Of a stretch of DNA of 64,000 nucleotides, positions 18,540 through 28,247 are shown in pieces. The DNA lies in NCBI GenBank assembly GCA_001824255.1, contig MHWQ01000002.1, forward strand, positions 393,572 through 457,571, written 5' to 3'. The notes beneath the pieces are model-generated. The model searched no databases. It was not told the origin of the DNA and saw nothing but the letters and a program-made list of their open reading frames with translations. The stretch's first letter is position 1, and each line of letters opens with the position of its first letter. Source of the stretch: Candidatus Zambryskibacteria bacterium RIFCSPLOWO2_02_FULL_51_21 (GTDB lineage Bacteria > Patescibacteriota > Minisyncoccia > Phycocordibacterales > Zambryskibacteraceae). The position numbers were made by a program, and so were the translations under genes.

Positions 18540-19667
18540 ATGACTATAGACGTAGAAGAACTGCTTTCACGGGGGGTGGAGAAAGTTATACCGCGCGAGC
18601 TGGCAGAAAAGAAGTTGAATTCGGGAGAAAAGCTTCGCATCTATCACGGCGTTGATCCTACTGGCGCCAAGCTTCATCTTGGCCACTCGGTGCCGTTGAG
18701 GAAGCTCAAGGCCTTTGCCGACGCGGGACACGAAGTGATTTTTATTGTGGGAAGCTTTACTGCGATGATTGGCGATCCGACGGGCCGCGACACAATGCGC
18801 TCAGTGCTTACGCGAGAAGAAGTTGAAAAAAATTTCAAAACTTACAAGGAACAAGCGGGGAAAATTCTCGATATTTCAAAAATAAAAGTGCGCTACAACC
18901 ACGAATGGCTTGAGAAGCTGGATTTCAAGGGAATTGTTGACCTCGCTTCAAACTTCACAGTTCAACAGATGCTTCAGCGCGACATGTTCGATAAACGGCT
19001 GAAGGAAAACAAGCCAATCTCCGTGCATGAATTCCTCTACCCGCTGATGGTGGGTTACGACTCCGTCGTCCTTGATGTGGATGGAGAGCTCGGTGGCTCT
19101 GACCAGGAATTCAATATGCTAGCTGGGCGCACGCTTCAGGCGGCATATCATAAGCGTGACAAATTTGTGCTCACCACAAAGCTCATCGAGGGTACCGACG
19201 GGCGTAAGATGAGCAAGACTTATGATAATTCTATCTATCTTGAGGATAGTGCCGAAGAAATGTATGGCAAACTCATGTCTATTCGAGACGAATTAGTCGA
19301 AAAGTATTTTGAATGCCTCACGAGTGTTCCGATGGGTGATGTGATAAACATCCTTTCAAGTCATCCAAAAGACGCTAAGATGCGCCTGTCTTTTGAGATT
19401 ACAAAAATTTATCACGGCGAAGAGGCGGCGAAGAAAGCGCAAGAGAATTTCGAAAAAGCTTTTTCTAAAGGCGGCATTCCGGACGATATAAAAACTGTAA
19501 CGGCTCAAAAGAATGAGCCCTTGGTGGAAATTCTTTTGCGGGAAGGGCTGGTTTCTTCAAAAACGGAATTCAACCGTCTGGAGAAAGATGGTGCCATTGA
19601 AGAAATGGAAAGCGGTGTTTACCGTATAGGCAAACACCGCTTTCTTAGAATAACTAGATCGGATTGA
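18540..19667 (+). CDS. tyrS: Tyrosyl-tRNA synthetase (short form without the C-terminal S4 domain).
   Basis: HIGH-type motif GVDPTGAKLHLGH. KMSKS motif RKMSKTY. 375 aa. Confidence 0.75.
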   Translation: MTIDVEELLSRGVEKVIPRELAEKKLNSGEKLRIYHGVDPTGAKLHLGHSVPLRKLKAFADAGHEVIFIVGSFTAMIGDPTGRDTMRSVLTREEVEKNFKTYKEQAGKILDISKIKVRYNHEWLEKLDFKGIVDLASNFTVQQMLQRDMFDKRLKENKPISVHEFLYPLMVGYDSVVLDVDGELGGSDQEFNMLAGRTLQAAYHKRDKFVLTTKLIEGTDGRKMSKTYDNSIYLEDSAEEMYGKLMSIRDELVEKYFECLTSVPMGDVINILSSHPKDAKMRLSFEITKIYHGEEAAKKAQENFEKAFSKGGIPDDIKTVTAQKNEPLVEILLREGLVSSKTEFNRLEKDGAIEEMESGVYRIGKHRFLRITRSD

Positions 19668-19854
19668 CGTCGTCGAAGGGCTCTTCTTCATCCTCGAGCT
19701 CCTCGTCCTCCAAATCGTCTAGACTCTCCGTCTCTTCCGGATTCAGAAGGTCCTTTTTCTTTTTATCGACGACTTCGTGGTCGAGATCATCGGCGCCCTC
19801 TGTTTCATCCTCAACCGGCTCGTCGGGTTCTTTTAAAATATCTTCGTCTTCCAT
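19654..19854 (-). CDS. Possible small highly acidic protein (66 aa, D/E-rich).
   Basis: Fills the otherwise empty tyrS-ruvC gap. Composition is extremely biased (MEDEDILKEPDEPVEDETEGADD...). Could be a low-complexity artefact. Confidence 0.25.
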   Translation of the reverse strand: MEDEDILKEPDEPVEDETEGADDLDHEVVDKKKKDLLNPEETESLDDLEDEELEDEEEPFDDVNPI

Positions 19855-19893
19855 TTTGGAATAAATTAATTTTAATTTCGAATGACTACAAAT

Positions 19894-20394
19894 TTACCAG
19901 ATATGTTTTTGACTAGCAATATGAGTAATCCCCAGGGCTATGGCATCGAGCTCGTCATCCAGCTTCTTGGCTTTGTCTAGCTTTATTAGCTTTCTCACCA
20001 TACTCTCCACTTGTTTCTTATCAGCCTTACCGTAGCCGGTCACGGCGATTTTGACGGCCTGCGGAGAATATTCATACACCTTAAGTCCGGCCTTAGCTGC
20101 CTCGTATAAGGCCACCCCGCGCGCCTCCGCCACCCTAAGCGCATTGGTGGCGTTCTGGTTGAAGAAAAGCTGTTCTATCGCCAAAGCGTTTGGCTTCCAC
20201 TTCTTGATAATCGCTTCTATCGCGCAGCCGATTTCAAGCAGGCGCTCCTGGTGGGGGATTTTCCGGTTCGTCTCAACGCAACCGGAAAAAAGCACTTTCT
20301 CTCCTTCCACCACAGCAATTCCCAGGCGGTCGAAGCCGGGGTCTATCGCGGCAACTCTATTCCGCGTTGGTGTAGACTTCCTGGACTTCGTCAT
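19894..20394 (-). CDS. ruvC: Holliday junction resolvase RuvC.
   Basis: AIDPGFDRLGIAVVE catalytic N-terminus. 166 aa. The true start may be a downstream GTG, which would avoid overlap with yebC. Confidence 0.9.
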   Translation of the reverse strand: MTKSRKSTPTRNRVAAIDPGFDRLGIAVVEGEKVLFSGCVETNRKIPHQERLLEIGCAIEAIIKKWKPNALAIEQLFFNQNATNALRVAEARGVALYEAAKAGLKVYEYSPQAVKIAVTGYGKADKKQVESMVRKLIKLDKAKKLDDELDAIALGITHIASQKHIW

Positions 20395-20889
20395 TATCTT
20401 CGAGTTCTTCGATTAATTTTTCTAATGCCTTTGAATCTTCCTCGGAAATTTTTACAGTCGTTGTGGGTTGTAAGTTGTTAGTTGTTGGTTCTCGTCTGAA
20501 TGCCCAGGCCGCCGAGCCGGGCGCCGCAAGCGAGAAGCCGTGCTGAGAAAGAATGAATTTTACTTCCTGGGCCGCCTTGTTTCGGTTTGAAGTGAGCGCC
20601 TCGATAATAAGGGCCGAGCCGCCTGGCCCGTAGGCTTCGTAAGTTATATGGTCAAGCTGTTCGGCTTCGGAGCCGGAACCTTTCTTAACCGCGCGCTCGA
20701 TGTTGTCTGCTGGCATGTTGTATTCGCGGGCTTTGTCTATGGCGGCGCGAAGCACGGGCGAATTGACATCGCCCTTAACCTGCCTTGATGCGGTCGAAAT
20801 GAGCCGGGCCATCTTCGAAAACATTTTTGACTTGGCCGCGTCGGTGCCTTCCTTCTTTCTCTTAATCTTAGACCATTTGTTGTGTCCGC

Positions 20890-20893
<4 letters not shown>
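20357..20893 (-). CDS. YebC/PmpR (TACO1) family DNA-binding regulator, C-terminally short.
   Basis: [32 protein letters not shown] is the hallmark YebC N-terminus. 178 aa versus about 240 typical. Confidence 0.7.
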
Positions 20894-21921
<1,028 letters not shown>

Positions 21922-21948
21922 AAAAAACTTTATGTGCTAGACTTGGTC

Positions 21949-21973
21949 CTGAATCTGATGGTATCAGATTCAG
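21949..21973. repeat. Perfect palindromic hairpin: 11-bp stem, 3-nt loop (CTGAATCTGAT GGT ATCAGATTCAG).
   Basis: Read directly. Lies between the pilB-like gene stop and the ruvB start. Shares a TGAT-N3-ATCA core with the hairpins at 43767 and 63674. Confidence 0.6.
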
Positions 21974-21984
21974 AGTTCCAGCCC

Positions 21985-22090
21985 ATAAATCTCTAAGCAA
22001 CGGACAATTTTCTAAGGACATTCTGGCAATCTTTACGATTACTGGAGTTATCCTCGAGAAAGTCGTTTGGCTTTTGCTTAGAGATTTATA
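21985..22090. repeat. Pair of 16-17-bp perfect inverted repeats (ATAAATCTCTAAGCAA ... TTGCTTAGAGATTTAT) flanking 74 bp of noncoding DNA. MITE-like or structured-RNA-like.
   Basis: Left arm 21985-22000 and right arm 22075-22090 are exact reverse complements. Intergenic between pilB-like and ruvB. Confidence 0.5.
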
Positions 22091-22126
22091 GGCTTGAGCG
22101 TCTGGCATCATTATTCACGGTTCTTC

Positions 22127-23803
22127 TCAAACGGCAAGGTCGACAACCCGGCTTAATTCTTCCATACTGGTTACCCCTTTCAGAACCTTGATGACGCCGT
22201 CCTGGGCGAGGGTAAGCATCTTCTGCGGTTTGGCCGCTTCACGGATATCCCGCTCGGAAGGATTTTTTATAACCGCTTTTTCTATCTCGGCGTCTATGAG
22301 AATGGCTTCGTAGACGCCGATACGGCCCTTGTAGCCGAGGCCGTTGCATTCCGGGCAACCGACGGGCGTCCAGTTCTTGTCCTTCTGTACTCCTTCAAGA
22401 TAAATTTTGTCGCTGATTTCCGAAAGAATTTTCTCGACCTTTTCCTTATCGGCTCCTTCAAGCAGCGACTCTTTTTTGCATGATTGGCAGAGCGTTCTCA
22501 CCAGGCGCTGGGCAATGGAGACATTAAGCGCCGAGCTCACGACTTTCGGATTCACGCCGAGGTCGAGGAGGCGGGGGAAGGAGCCCGCCGCGTTATTGGT
22601 GTGGAGGGTTGATAGCACCAGGTGGCCGGTGAGAGCGGCATTTACCGCCACTCCGGCCGTTTCGTCGTCGCGAATTTCTCCCACCATGATGACGTCGGGG
22701 TCTTGGCGCAAGGCGCTTCGCAAACCCTCGGCGAAGGTGTAGCCCTTATCCGGTTCGGTCTGAGTCTGGACGATGCCGGGCAAGTGATACTCGATGGGAT
22801 TCTCGATGGTGATTACTTTGATTTCCGGATTGTAAATTCTTTTGAGGAAAGCATAGAGGGTGGTGGTCTTGCCGGAGCCGGTGGGGCCGGTGGTAAGAAT
22901 CATGCCATTGGGCTTCTTTACTTCCTTGTTTAAAATTTCGAGCAATTTCGGATGAATGCCGAGCTTGTCGAGCTCGACGGCGATGGCATCCGGGTTCAGC
23001 ACGCGGAGAACCACCGATTCGCCGTAAGGGCCGGGCAGAAGGGATGTTCGCACCTCTATCTCGACCTCCGCGAGCTTGATGGAGAAGCGGCCGTCCTGGG
23101 CTTTCTCCTTCAGATTAAGCTTCAATTCGCTTACCAATTTTATTCTCGAGAGCAGAAGTTCGTAAGTCTCTTTGTCGAAACGCAGGATGTCGGTCAGAAC
23201 GCCGTCGAGCCGGTAGCGCAAACGGATGCTCTCCTCCTCCGGTTCCAGGTGGACATCGGAGGCCTTGAGAGAAATCGCGCCGGCGAGAAGTATTTCCAGA
23301 ATTTTGGAAATGCGGTAAGCTCGCTTGAGCGAAAGCACGCTCTCAATCATGGATTTGATATCGGAAAGAGCGCGAACCTTCCTCGTCACCTCGATGATTT
23401 CATCATTTGAGATATCCAGAGCGCCAGATTTTGTTTCGAAAGAATAAGAGAGGTCTTTGTAACGGTCCCAGACCCTCTCGAGACTCTGGTGAGAGGCCAT
23501 GAATATTTCGGGTAGGTAGCCGCGCCGCTTAAGGTCCTCGATGGCCTCAGTGGTTTTCTCGTTTTGGGGCGAGAGGACGGCGATATCAATCTTCTTGTCC
23601 GTGGCGTTGAAGACCGCGAGCCCCGCGGCGCGCGCTTCCGTCTCCTTTATGACCCTAAGCGAGTCGAGGTCTATAGGGTGGATGGACAAGTCTATGTAAG
23701 GGACACCGTGGCGCTCGGCGAGCGCTGCGGCCAGATCCTCCTCTTCTTTCTCCCGCAGAAGTCGCACGCTCTCCTCCTGCTTTTCCTCATCGAATGTAAC
23801 CAT
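22127..23803 (-). CDS. GspE/PilB-family type II secretion / type IV pilus assembly ATPase.
   Basis: Walker A TGPTGSGKTTTLYA. GYKGRIGVYE. Tetracysteine-like CPECNGLGYKGR. N-terminal T2SSE_N-like region. 558 aa. Confidence 0.85.
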   Translation of the reverse strand: MVTFDEEKQEESVRLLREKEEEDLAAALAERHGVPYIDLSIHPIDLDSLRVIKETEARAAGLAVFNATDKKIDIAVLSPQNEKTTEAIEDLKRRGYLPEIFMASHQSLERVWDRYKDLSYSFETKSGALDISNDEIIEVTRKVRALSDIKSMIESVLSLKRAYRISKILEILLAGAISLKASDVHLEPEEESIRLRYRLDGVLTDILRFDKETYELLLSRIKLVSELKLNLKEKAQDGRFSIKLAEVEIEVRTSLLPGPYGESVVLRVLNPDAIAVELDKLGIHPKLLEILNKEVKKPNGMILTTGPTGSGKTTTLYAFLKRIYNPEIKVITIENPIEYHLPGIVQTQTEPDKGYTFAEGLRSALRQDPDVIMVGEIRDDETAGVAVNAALTGHLVLSTLHTNNAAGSFPRLLDLGVNPKVVSSALNVSIAQRLVRTLCQSCKKESLLEGADKEKVEKILSEISDKIYLEGVQKDKNWTPVGCPECNGLGYKGRIGVYEAILIDAEIEKAVIKNPSERDIREAAKPQKMLTLAQDGVIKVLKGVTSMEELSRVVDLAV

Positions 23804-23850
23804 TTGCTCTATTGTACCTTATTATTGTAAGGTTAAAAAAGGAGGCAGTT

Positions 23851-24219
23851 ATGCATAGATTGGCGGTTGCGGCGCTTGCCGCCCTCCTGGCGACAGGTTG
23901 TGCGGTTAAGGGGAGGAAGTTTTACTTCACCCCAGTAGCTGAAGTTGCGGTCATAAACGACTGCCGAGGTGCGGCCACCCTCATCGTCGAGTCAATCGAC
24001 GAAGTGGTGGCCCGCCTCGGCTACGGCGAGCGAGGGCGGGTGATCCTGCCGCGGCCTTATGGAGGAAGCGACGGTCAGATGATACTCACTGTCCGGGGGC
24101 AAAGTATCACCGGCATCTATCTCGGCTCGGACAGCCGGACGTTCTATGTTTACGACCGTTCCCGCCAGGAAGTCTGGCAGGTGCGGTATCTCACGGGAGG
24201 GGCGGGCTGCAGGCGCTAA
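23851..24219 (+). CDS. Putative lipoprotein (lipobox LLATGC).
   Basis: MHRLAVAALAALLATGC signal peptide with lipobox. 122 aa counted from the internal Met at 23851. Confidence 0.45.
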   Translation: MHRLAVAALAALLATGCAVKGRKFYFTPVAEVAVINDCRGAATLIVESIDEVVARLGYGERGRVILPRPYGGSDGQMILTVRGQSITGIYLGSDSRTFYVYDRSRQEVWQVRYLTGGAGCRR

Positions 24220-24263
24220 GGGCGGGCGATTCAATCGCCCGCCCTTTATGTATAATACGGGGC

Positions 24264-24593
24264 ATGAAAGCCACCGTCGTAGCGCTACAGGGGGAACTCG
24301 GCTCGGGCAAGACCACTTTTGCCCAGGCGTTCGGTAAGGTCATGGGGGTAAGGGAATTCATGCCCTCTCCCACGTTTGTAATCATGAAAGTTTACGATAT
24401 AGATTTCCACGGATTTAAAAAACTGATTCACATAGACGCTTACCGTCTGGAGAAAGAGGAAGAGCTCCTGAATCTCGGCTGGGCGAAGATTGCCGAAGAG
24501 CCGGAGAACCTGATTCTTATCGAGTGGCCGGAGAACGTCGAAGGATTGATACCCAAAGACGCGAAAAGAATCCAATTCAAACATGAAAGATAA
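24264..24593 (+). CDS. tsaE: tRNA threonylcarbamoyladenosine biosynthesis protein TsaE (short P-loop form).
   Basis: QGELGSGKTTFAQAFGK P-loop followed by SPTFVIMKVY, characteristic of TsaE/YjeE. Confidence 0.7.
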   Translation: MKATVVALQGELGSGKTTFAQAFGKVMGVREFMPSPTFVIMKVYDIDFHGFKKLIHIDAYRLEKEEELLNLGWAKIAEEPENLILIEWPENVEGLIPKDAKRIQFKHER

Positions 24594-26940
24594 GAAGCGC
24601 TTAATTCTTCTCGATTCCCACGCGATTATCCACCGCGCTTATCACGCGCTGCCGGAATTCAGCGCCTCATCGACTGGCGAGCCAACGGGCGCTCTTTACG
24701 GTTTAGTAGCTATGCTGATAAAAATTGTGAATGAATTGAAGCCGGACTACATCGTGGCCGCTTTCGACGAATCGGGGCCGACCTTCCGGCACGAAGCGGC
24801 GGCGAGTTATAAGGCGGGCCGCAAGGAAAATGAAGCAAACCTGAATCTTCAGCTCGAGCGGGCGAGAGACATTTTCAAAGTCTTTGGCATACCGGTTTAT
24901 TCGCTGCAGGGATTCGAAGCCGACGATATCATCGGTACTATCGTTCATAAATTGAAAATTGAAAATTCTAAATTGGAAATTGTAATTGCTTCCGGCGACA
25001 TGGATACCATGCAGCTTGTAGAAGATAGGAAGGTAATGGTCTACACACTCAAAAAAGGGCTCAACGACACCATTCTTTACGATGAGAAAAAGGTGGTCGA
25101 GAGATTTGGCTTCGAACCGAAGAAACTTATCGATTACAAAGGTCTTCGCGGCGACCCATCGGACAATATCGTTGGTGTAAAGGGAATAGGAGAGAAGGGC
25201 GCGACGTCCTTAATTCAAGAATTCGGCACGATTGAAAATATTTATAAAAACATCAAGAAGGTGAAGCCAGAGAGACTGAAAAAACTTCTGGAGGAAGGAG
25301 AAGAAGAGGCGCTTTTCTCGAAAACGCTTGCCACCATACGTCCAGACGCGCCGATTGATTTCAAATTGCCGAAAGTGTGGAGAGAAAATTTCAAACTAGA
25401 TGACGTGCTCGAACTTTTCAAAACTCTCGGCTTCAGAACTTTGAGCGAGAGAGTGAAGAAGCTGGGCGGTTCCGCGGAAGAATCTTTCAAAAAGCTTTCT
25501 GGTGTCGCCTCTGGCGAGCATGGCCAGGCTGTTTTTCAGGATTCTTCCGCTGCGCCGCTATGTTTGGCACTTTGGGTTATAGATTCAAATATTACCGCAC
25601 CGACGGTTGAAGATGTACTGGATTTTACCAAAGCAAAAGATTTGAAAGAAGCGAAAAAAGTCATCGAAGCGGAGCTTGATAAGAGAAAGGTTAGAAAAGT
25701 TTTCGAAGAAATAGAGAAACCCCTCATTCCTATTGTCGAGAAGATGAACAAAACGGGCATTAAGGTAGACAAAAAAATTCTCGCCGGCCTGGCGGGCAAG
25801 TATCACAAAGAACTTTCCCGTCTGGAGAAGGAAATTTGGAAAGAGGCCGGAGAAGAATTCAATATCAATTCGACCAAGGTTCTCGGCAATATCCTCTTTA
25901 CCAAACTTGCTCTTGCCGGCACGCGGCAGAAGAAAACGCCCGGTGGCGCTCTCTCGACCAGGGAATCCGAGCTTGAGAAGCTCCGCGAGAAGCACAAGAT
26001 TATCGGGCTTATCCTCGATTACCGCGAGCTCTCGAAACTCCTCTCCACTTACATCGACGCCATACCGCCTCTTCTCGACAAGAATTCACGTCTGCACTCA
26101 ACCTTCCTCCAAAACGGCGCCGTCACCGGCAGAATGGCTTCAAACAATCCCAACCTTCAGAATATTCCCAATAAAACCGAGCTTGGCCGGGCTATACGGC
26201 ATGCTTTTATCGCTGAGAAAGGATTTAAGCTCGTTTCTCTCGATTACTCGCAGATAGAGCTCCGCCTAGCGGCCGTCCTTTCTGGCGACCAGAAGCTTAT
26301 CGAGATATTCAAGAAGGGCGAGGATGTTCATGCCGGTGTCGCCTCAAGGGTTTTCAAGGTGAAGCCGGAGGAAGTGGATAAGGCCATGCGCATCAAGGCG
26401 AAGACTATAAACTTCGGCATCCTTTACGGCATGGGGGTGACCGCTTTGCAGAAAAATCTCGGCACCGACAGAAAGGAGGCGCAGGAGTTTTACAATAAAT
26501 ATTTCAGCACTTTCACCGGCCTCGCGGCTTATCTCGACAAGGTCAAGGCCGAGGCGGAGCGCAAGGGGTACACGGAAACTATGTTTGGCCGAAGGCGCTA
26601 CTTCACCGGCTTCCGCTCGCCCCTGCCTTACATCCGCGCTCAGGCCGAGAGGATGGCTATCAACGCGCCGCTCCAGGGTACGCAGGCCGATATCATCAAG
26701 ATTGCCATGAAGAAAATCGATGATTATATAAAGAGGAATGGCGAAAGCGGCAAGGTGAGGCTGCTTCTCCAGGTCCACGACGAGCTGGTGTTTGAAGTTT
26801 CTGAAGAACTGGTAGAGGAGGCGGCCAAAAATTTCAAGAAAATCATGGAGACGGTCATCCCGGAGAGCGAACTTAAGGACGTACCTGTCGTCGCCGAAGC
26901 GCACGCAGGTGATAATTGGGGAGAAATGCAAAAGATATGA
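24583..26940 (+). CDS. polA: DNA polymerase I (5'-3' exonuclease plus polymerase domains).
   Basis: 5'-nuclease N-terminus (LILLDSHAIIHRAYHAL). Pol A motifs (DYSQIELR, KTINFGILYGM, QVHDELVFE). Confidence 0.95.
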   Translation: MKDKKRLILLDSHAIIHRAYHALPEFSASSTGEPTGALYGLVAMLIKIVNELKPDYIVAAFDESGPTFRHEAAASYKAGRKENEANLNLQLERARDIFKVFGIPVYSLQGFEADDIIGTIVHKLKIENSKLEIVIASGDMDTMQLVEDRKVMVYTLKKGLNDTILYDEKKVVERFGFEPKKLIDYKGLRGDPSDNIVGVKGIGEKGATSLIQEFGTIENIYKNIKKVKPERLKKLLEEGEEEALFSKTLATIRPDAPIDFKLPKVWRENFKLDDVLELFKTLGFRTLSERVKKLGGSAEESFKKLSGVASGEHGQAVFQDSSAAPLCLALWVIDSNITAPTVEDVLDFTKAKDLKEAKKVIEAELDKRKVRKVFEEIEKPLIPIVEKMNKTGIKVDKKILAGLAGKYHKELSRLEKEIWKEAGEEFNINSTKVLGNILFTKLALAGTRQKKTPGGALSTRESELEKLREKHKIIGLILDYRELSKLLSTYIDAIPPLLDKNSRLHSTFLQNGAVTGRMASNNPNLQNIPNKTELGRAIRHAFIAEKGFKLVSLDYSQIELRLAAVLSGDQKLIEIFKKGEDVHAGVASRVFKVKPEEVDKAMRIKAKTINFGILYGMGVTALQKNLGTDRKEAQEFYNKYFSTFTGLAAYLDKVKAEAERKGYTETMFGRRRYFTGFRSPLPYIRAQAERMAINAPLQGTQADIIKIAMKKIDDYIKRNGESGKVRLLLQVHDELVFEVSEELVEEAAKNFKKIMETVIPESELKDVPVVAEAHAGDNWGEMQKI
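24949..24987 (+). repeat. Copy 1 of an intragenic AT-rich repeat element (GAAAATTGAAAATTCTAAATTG core) in-frame inside polA. It encodes KIENSKLEI.
   Basis: A 22-nt run is identical to the reverse complement of 41621-41654 in mpg and related to 29054-29086 in fpg. Confidence 0.7.
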
Positions 26941-27353
26941 AAAATTTATTCGGAGAACAGGTAGCGGAAGAAGAAATTTTAGAAGAAAAACCTTTAGAGA
27001 AATCTTCCTCCACTTTTAATATCTTCGCACTGACTGATGCGATTGGCGGGCGTAACAAGAGAGAAGCCTGGATGCTTTATAGAAAAGCACTTGCTTCCGG
27101 ACAGGTGCCTGAAGAAATTTTCTATCGGATATTCTGGCAGGTAAAGACCATGCTCCTCGCTGGTTGCACTAAGTCAGCCGAAGAAGCCGACATGAAGCCA
27201 TTTCCATACAGCAAGGCAAAATCTTTTCTCAAAAACTTCAAACCCAATGAGCTGGAGAAGCTATCCGAAGCTTTGGTCGTCGGCTACCACCAAGCCAGGA
27301 GGGGAGAAGAGGAAATCGAAACCTTCATCGAGAAGACAATTCTAAGTCTGTAA
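26937..27353 (+). CDS. Hypothetical protein (ATGA-coupled to polA).
   Basis: ORF starting MKNLFGEQ overlaps the polA stop. No recognisable motif. Confidence 0.4.
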   Translation: MKNLFGEQVAEEEILEEKPLEKSSSTFNIFALTDAIGGRNKREAWMLYRKALASGQVPEEIFYRIFWQVKTMLLAGCTKSAEEADMKPFPYSKAKSFLKNFKPNELEKLSEALVVGYHQARRGEEEIETFIEKTILSL

Positions 27354-28160
27354 TTCGTAAGCCTCAAGGAGATTTTGGAAAAGAGAGGCGACGGTCATGG
27401 GACCGACGCCGCCGGGGACGGGGGAAATGGCGCGAACTTTCTTTGAAACATTCTTGAAGTCCACATCGCCGACCAGTTTCTCATTCCCGAGAATATTTAT
27501 GCCCACATCTATCACAATCTGATCTCTCGAAACGTGATTCTTGGTAATCAATTCCGGCGAGCCGGCCGCGACGACGAGAATTTCCGCTTGTTTCGTTTCT
27601 CTCTTCAAATCTTTTGTCTGTTTGTGGCAGATTGTGACGGTAGCTTCTCTCTCGAGGAGAGCCAGAGCTATCGGTTTGCCTACAAGCTCAGAGCGGCCGA
27701 CTACAACGGCCTTCTTTCCCGTGATTTTTATTCTGTATTTATCGAGAAGCGCCAGAACTCCCTTCGCCGTTGCGGGCCTGAAATACTTTCCGCCGTCCAC
27801 CCTTTTCTCTTCCGCAATCAATCCTAGGATATTTTGCAAATGTTTCGGCAGAGGCAGCTGGACGATGATGCCATGGACAGAAGAACTTTTGTTGAATTTC
27901 GAAATTTCCGAAATCAGTCTTTGTTCCAGGACGTTTCCCGGGTATTTCTTGTGCTCGACAATCGCACCGATTTTCTCGCCGAAAATCTTTTTGCGCTTTA
28001 TATACTTGTCTGATTCCGGCACGCTGCCGACCTGAACAATAACAAGCTTTGGCTTATGTTTAAGCCGCTTAATCTGCCTCGCCAGGCGGGCCACAATTTC
28101 CGCGTTTAATTTCCTACCGTCTAGAATTATTGTCATGTTTGAGGTATATTTTGGAAGCAT
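27342..28160 (-). CDS. folD: Bifunctional methylenetetrahydrofolate dehydrogenase/cyclohydrolase FolD.
   Basis: KYIKRKKIFGEKIGA. GRSELVGKPIALALL. VIDVGIN. VPGGVGPMTVA motifs. Confidence 0.95.
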   Translation of the reverse strand: MLPKYTSNMTIILDGRKLNAEIVARLARQIKRLKHKPKLVIVQVGSVPESDKYIKRKKIFGEKIGAIVEHKKYPGNVLEQRLISEISKFNKSSSVHGIIVQLPLPKHLQNILGLIAEEKRVDGGKYFRPATAKGVLALLDKYRIKITGKKAVVVGRSELVGKPIALALLEREATVTICHKQTKDLKRETKQAEILVVAAGSPELITKNHVSRDQIVIDVGINILGNEKLVGDVDFKNVSKKVRAISPVPGGVGPMTVASLFQNLLEAYELQT

Positions 28161-28163
28161 TTT

Positions 28164-28236
28164 GCGCCCATAGCTCAGTCGGTAGAGCAGGTCCCTTTTA
28201 AGGACAAGGTCGTTGGTTCGATCCCAACTGGGCGCA
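28164..28236 (+). tRNA. tRNA-Lys (anticodon TTT).
   Basis: Manual cloverleaf: acceptor GCGCCCA/TGGGCGC, anticodon loop CTTTTAA, T-loop GGTTCGATCC. CCA not encoded. Confidence 0.85.
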
Positions 28237-28247
28237 CATTACAACTT

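Noticed and set aside
19664-19864. 66-aa poly-Ser plus-strand ORF
   Set aside because: It is the antisense frame of the GAA/GAG-rich acidic ORF and is pure low-complexity Ser. It has no start context.
25585-25995. Several 60-136-aa minus-strand ORFs within polA
   Set aside because: Antisense to polA. No motifs. Overlapping each other in different frames.
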